Shown here one piece after another: positions 62,780 to 64,000 of a stretch of 64,000 nt of DNA (its first letter is position 1; every line of letters starts with the position of its first letter). The DNA comes from an uncultured Pseudomonadota bacterium (GTDB taxonomy: Bacteria > Myxococcota_A > Polyangia > Fen-1088): contig CAVSOL010000006.1 in NCBI GenBank assembly GCA_963729535.1, forward strand, positions 111,418 to 175,417, given 5' to 3'. The notes beneath the pieces are model-generated. The model worked only from the letters and a program-made list of their open reading frames with translations. It ran no database searches and was not told the DNA's origin. The translations under genes were made by a program, and so were the position numbers.

Positions 62780-64000
62780 GCGACCAGGATCTCCGCCGCG
62801 CGATCTTGCGCGCGGCGCGCGTCGGTGGCGCTCGGCACGTCGTTGACGATGATCGAGAACACCAGCGGCGTGTGTCCGGGTGATCCGGCGAAGCCCGACA
62901 GACAGCTGACGTTCGCCAGCGTGCCGGTCTTGGCCCGCACGTAACGTTCGGCCAGCGTACCGCCCATGCGGTGCGCGATGGTTCCGTCGGTGCCGGCGAC
63001 CGCCAGCGACGCGAGGAACTCGGCGGAGATGCGAAAGTCACGGGCTGCCGCGCGCAGCACGGCGACGATCTGCTCCGCCGAGAATCGGTTCGAATCGTAG
63101 AGGCCGGAGCCGTTCTGCATCTGGTAGCTGCCGGTCTTGACGCCGACGCTGGTCAGGTAGCGGTCGACTGCCTTCAGTCCTTTTTCCCAGGTGCCCGGGC
63201 GGCCGCCGATCTCGGCGCCCAGCGTGCGAACATCTGTTCGGCGGCGAAGTTGTTCGACCGCTTGTTGAGGTCCTGCACGGCGACCGCGAGCGGCGCCGAG
63301 TCGTGCGCCGCCAGCACGCGCAGCCCCTGCGTCGGCGCCTTTCCGACGCGCACCTGACCCGACCGAGATTCCGCGCCGGTCGAGCAGCTGCTTCAGTGTC
63401 GTTCCCAGGAACAGCGACGGCTGCGAGACGCGGCGATAGAACGTGCGCGGATCCGAGCCCAGGCGAATACGGCCGGCGACGTTGACGCGCGTGTGCGTCC
63501 CTTCTTCCTTGGTGTCGACGGCGGGCGCCAGCGGACCGCCCGCCGACGTGACGACGCGGCCAGCGATGACGAAATACGGCGACGGCGGATCGACGACCAC
63601 GCGCGCGGACGCGCCGGCGGCGGCGCCGGGGATGATGGTCACCGCGACGACGTTGCCGTTCAGCGACGCGGCCGACGCGGGCGCGCGCGATGCGGTCGAA
63701 TCGTTGCGCTGATCGTACGCGGGCGGGATGACGCCGCCTTCGAACAGGCTTTCGTCGACGACCAGCGCGCCGCGAACCTTGTGCAGCCCCAGCGCGGCCA
63801 GATCGCTGACCATCGCCGACAGGTCTTCCGTCGCGAACGTCGGATCGCCCGCGCCGCGCAGGTAGAGATCGCCGGCGACCTCGCCGCCTGCCGGCAGCGG
63901 CGGCCCGCTGGGCGGCCCGACGATCGCCAGCGTCGTGCGCCAGCGATATTCGGGGCCGAGCAGCGACAGCGAAGCGGCGCCGGTGACGATCTTGACGTTG
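62746..64000 (-). CDS. dacB: D-alanyl-D-alanine carboxypeptidase/endopeptidase (PBP4, peptidase S13-like), partial: runs off window end; internal frame corrections needed about 63200-63400
   Basis: N-terminal part (...VKIVTGAASLSLLGPEYRWRTTLAIVGPP...) at 63800-64000 and C-terminal part (...GSPGHTPLVFSIIVNDVPSATDARRAQDRAAEILVAYLEG) ending at 62746, in different frames. Confidence 0.65.
   Translation of the reverse strand, partial: NVKIVTGAASLSLLGPEYRWRTTLAIVGPPSGPPLPAGGEVAGDLYLRGAGDPTFATEDLSAMVSDLAALGLHKVRGALVVDESLFEGGVIPPAYDQRNDSTASRAPASAASLNGNVVAVTIIPGAAAGASARVVVDPPSPYFVIAGRVVTSAGGPLAPAVDTKEEGTHTRVNVAGRIRLGSDPRTFYRRVSQPSLFLGTTLKQLLDRRGISVGSGARRKGADAGAARAGGARLGAARGRRAGPQQAVEQLRRRTDVRTLGAEIGGRPGTWEKGLKAVDRYLTSVGVKTGSYQMQNGSGLYDSNRFSAEQIVAVLRAAARDFRISAEFLASLAVAGTDGTIAHRMGGTLAERYVRAKTGTLANVSCLSGFAGSPGHTPLVFSIIVNDVPSATDARRAQDRAAEILVAYLEGDANSKP

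Overview
This is a 64 kb window of very high GC (about 70%) with a Myxococcota-like gene repertoire; the taxonomic call is inference only, based on the abundance of lipoproteins with Gly/Ala/Thr-rich (GxAGTx)n linkers, ECF sigma/anti-sigma pairs and TonB-C proteins. The right-hand third (about 43-64 kb) is ordinary core genome. It holds a Reg_prop-type beta-propeller lipoprotein, lon, a cNMP-binding/thioredoxin-reductase fusion, ttcA, three TonB_C proteins, an HTTM-like membrane protein, a ferritin-like protein, the gcvT-gcvH-gcvP operon and a dacB-like PBP4 gene that runs off the window. The left and middle (about 0-43 kb) look accessory. They hold a class II Fic protein next to a secreted RidA, a GH8 lipoprotein, a cyclase/Zn-ADH/ferric-reductase-like redox cluster and two ECF sigma/anti-sigma modules. 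They also hold a run of Cys-rich secreted lipoproteins, two of which carry different C-terminal self-processing modules (a peptidase S74 intramolecular chaperone domain and a Hint domain). Further genes there are a four-gene secreted operon with a di-haem cytochrome c peroxidase and a BNR-repeat lipoprotein, an inactivated GNAT (TacT-like) toxin gene, and a large lipoprotein with about 13 copies of an uncharacterised beta-propeller repeat. Around 38-43 kb sits a tRNA-Ala(GGC) integration hotspot: a frameshifted tyrosine integrase beside the intact tRNA, a second integrase 3' remnant with a duplicated 42-nt tRNA 3' segment 4 kb away, IS91-like transposase remnants, two small repeat families (a 95-bp UUCG-hairpin element in three copies and a 95-bp MITE-like element in two copies), and a 130-bp copy of the ridA 3' end that forms a direct repeat with the intact ridA 37 kb away. 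A striking technical point is that at least 20 genes need one or two frame corrections, often at G/C homopolymer runs, whereas the long housekeeping genes lon, gcvP and gcvT are intact. I cannot tell from sequence alone whether this is assembly indel error or real pseudogenisation.
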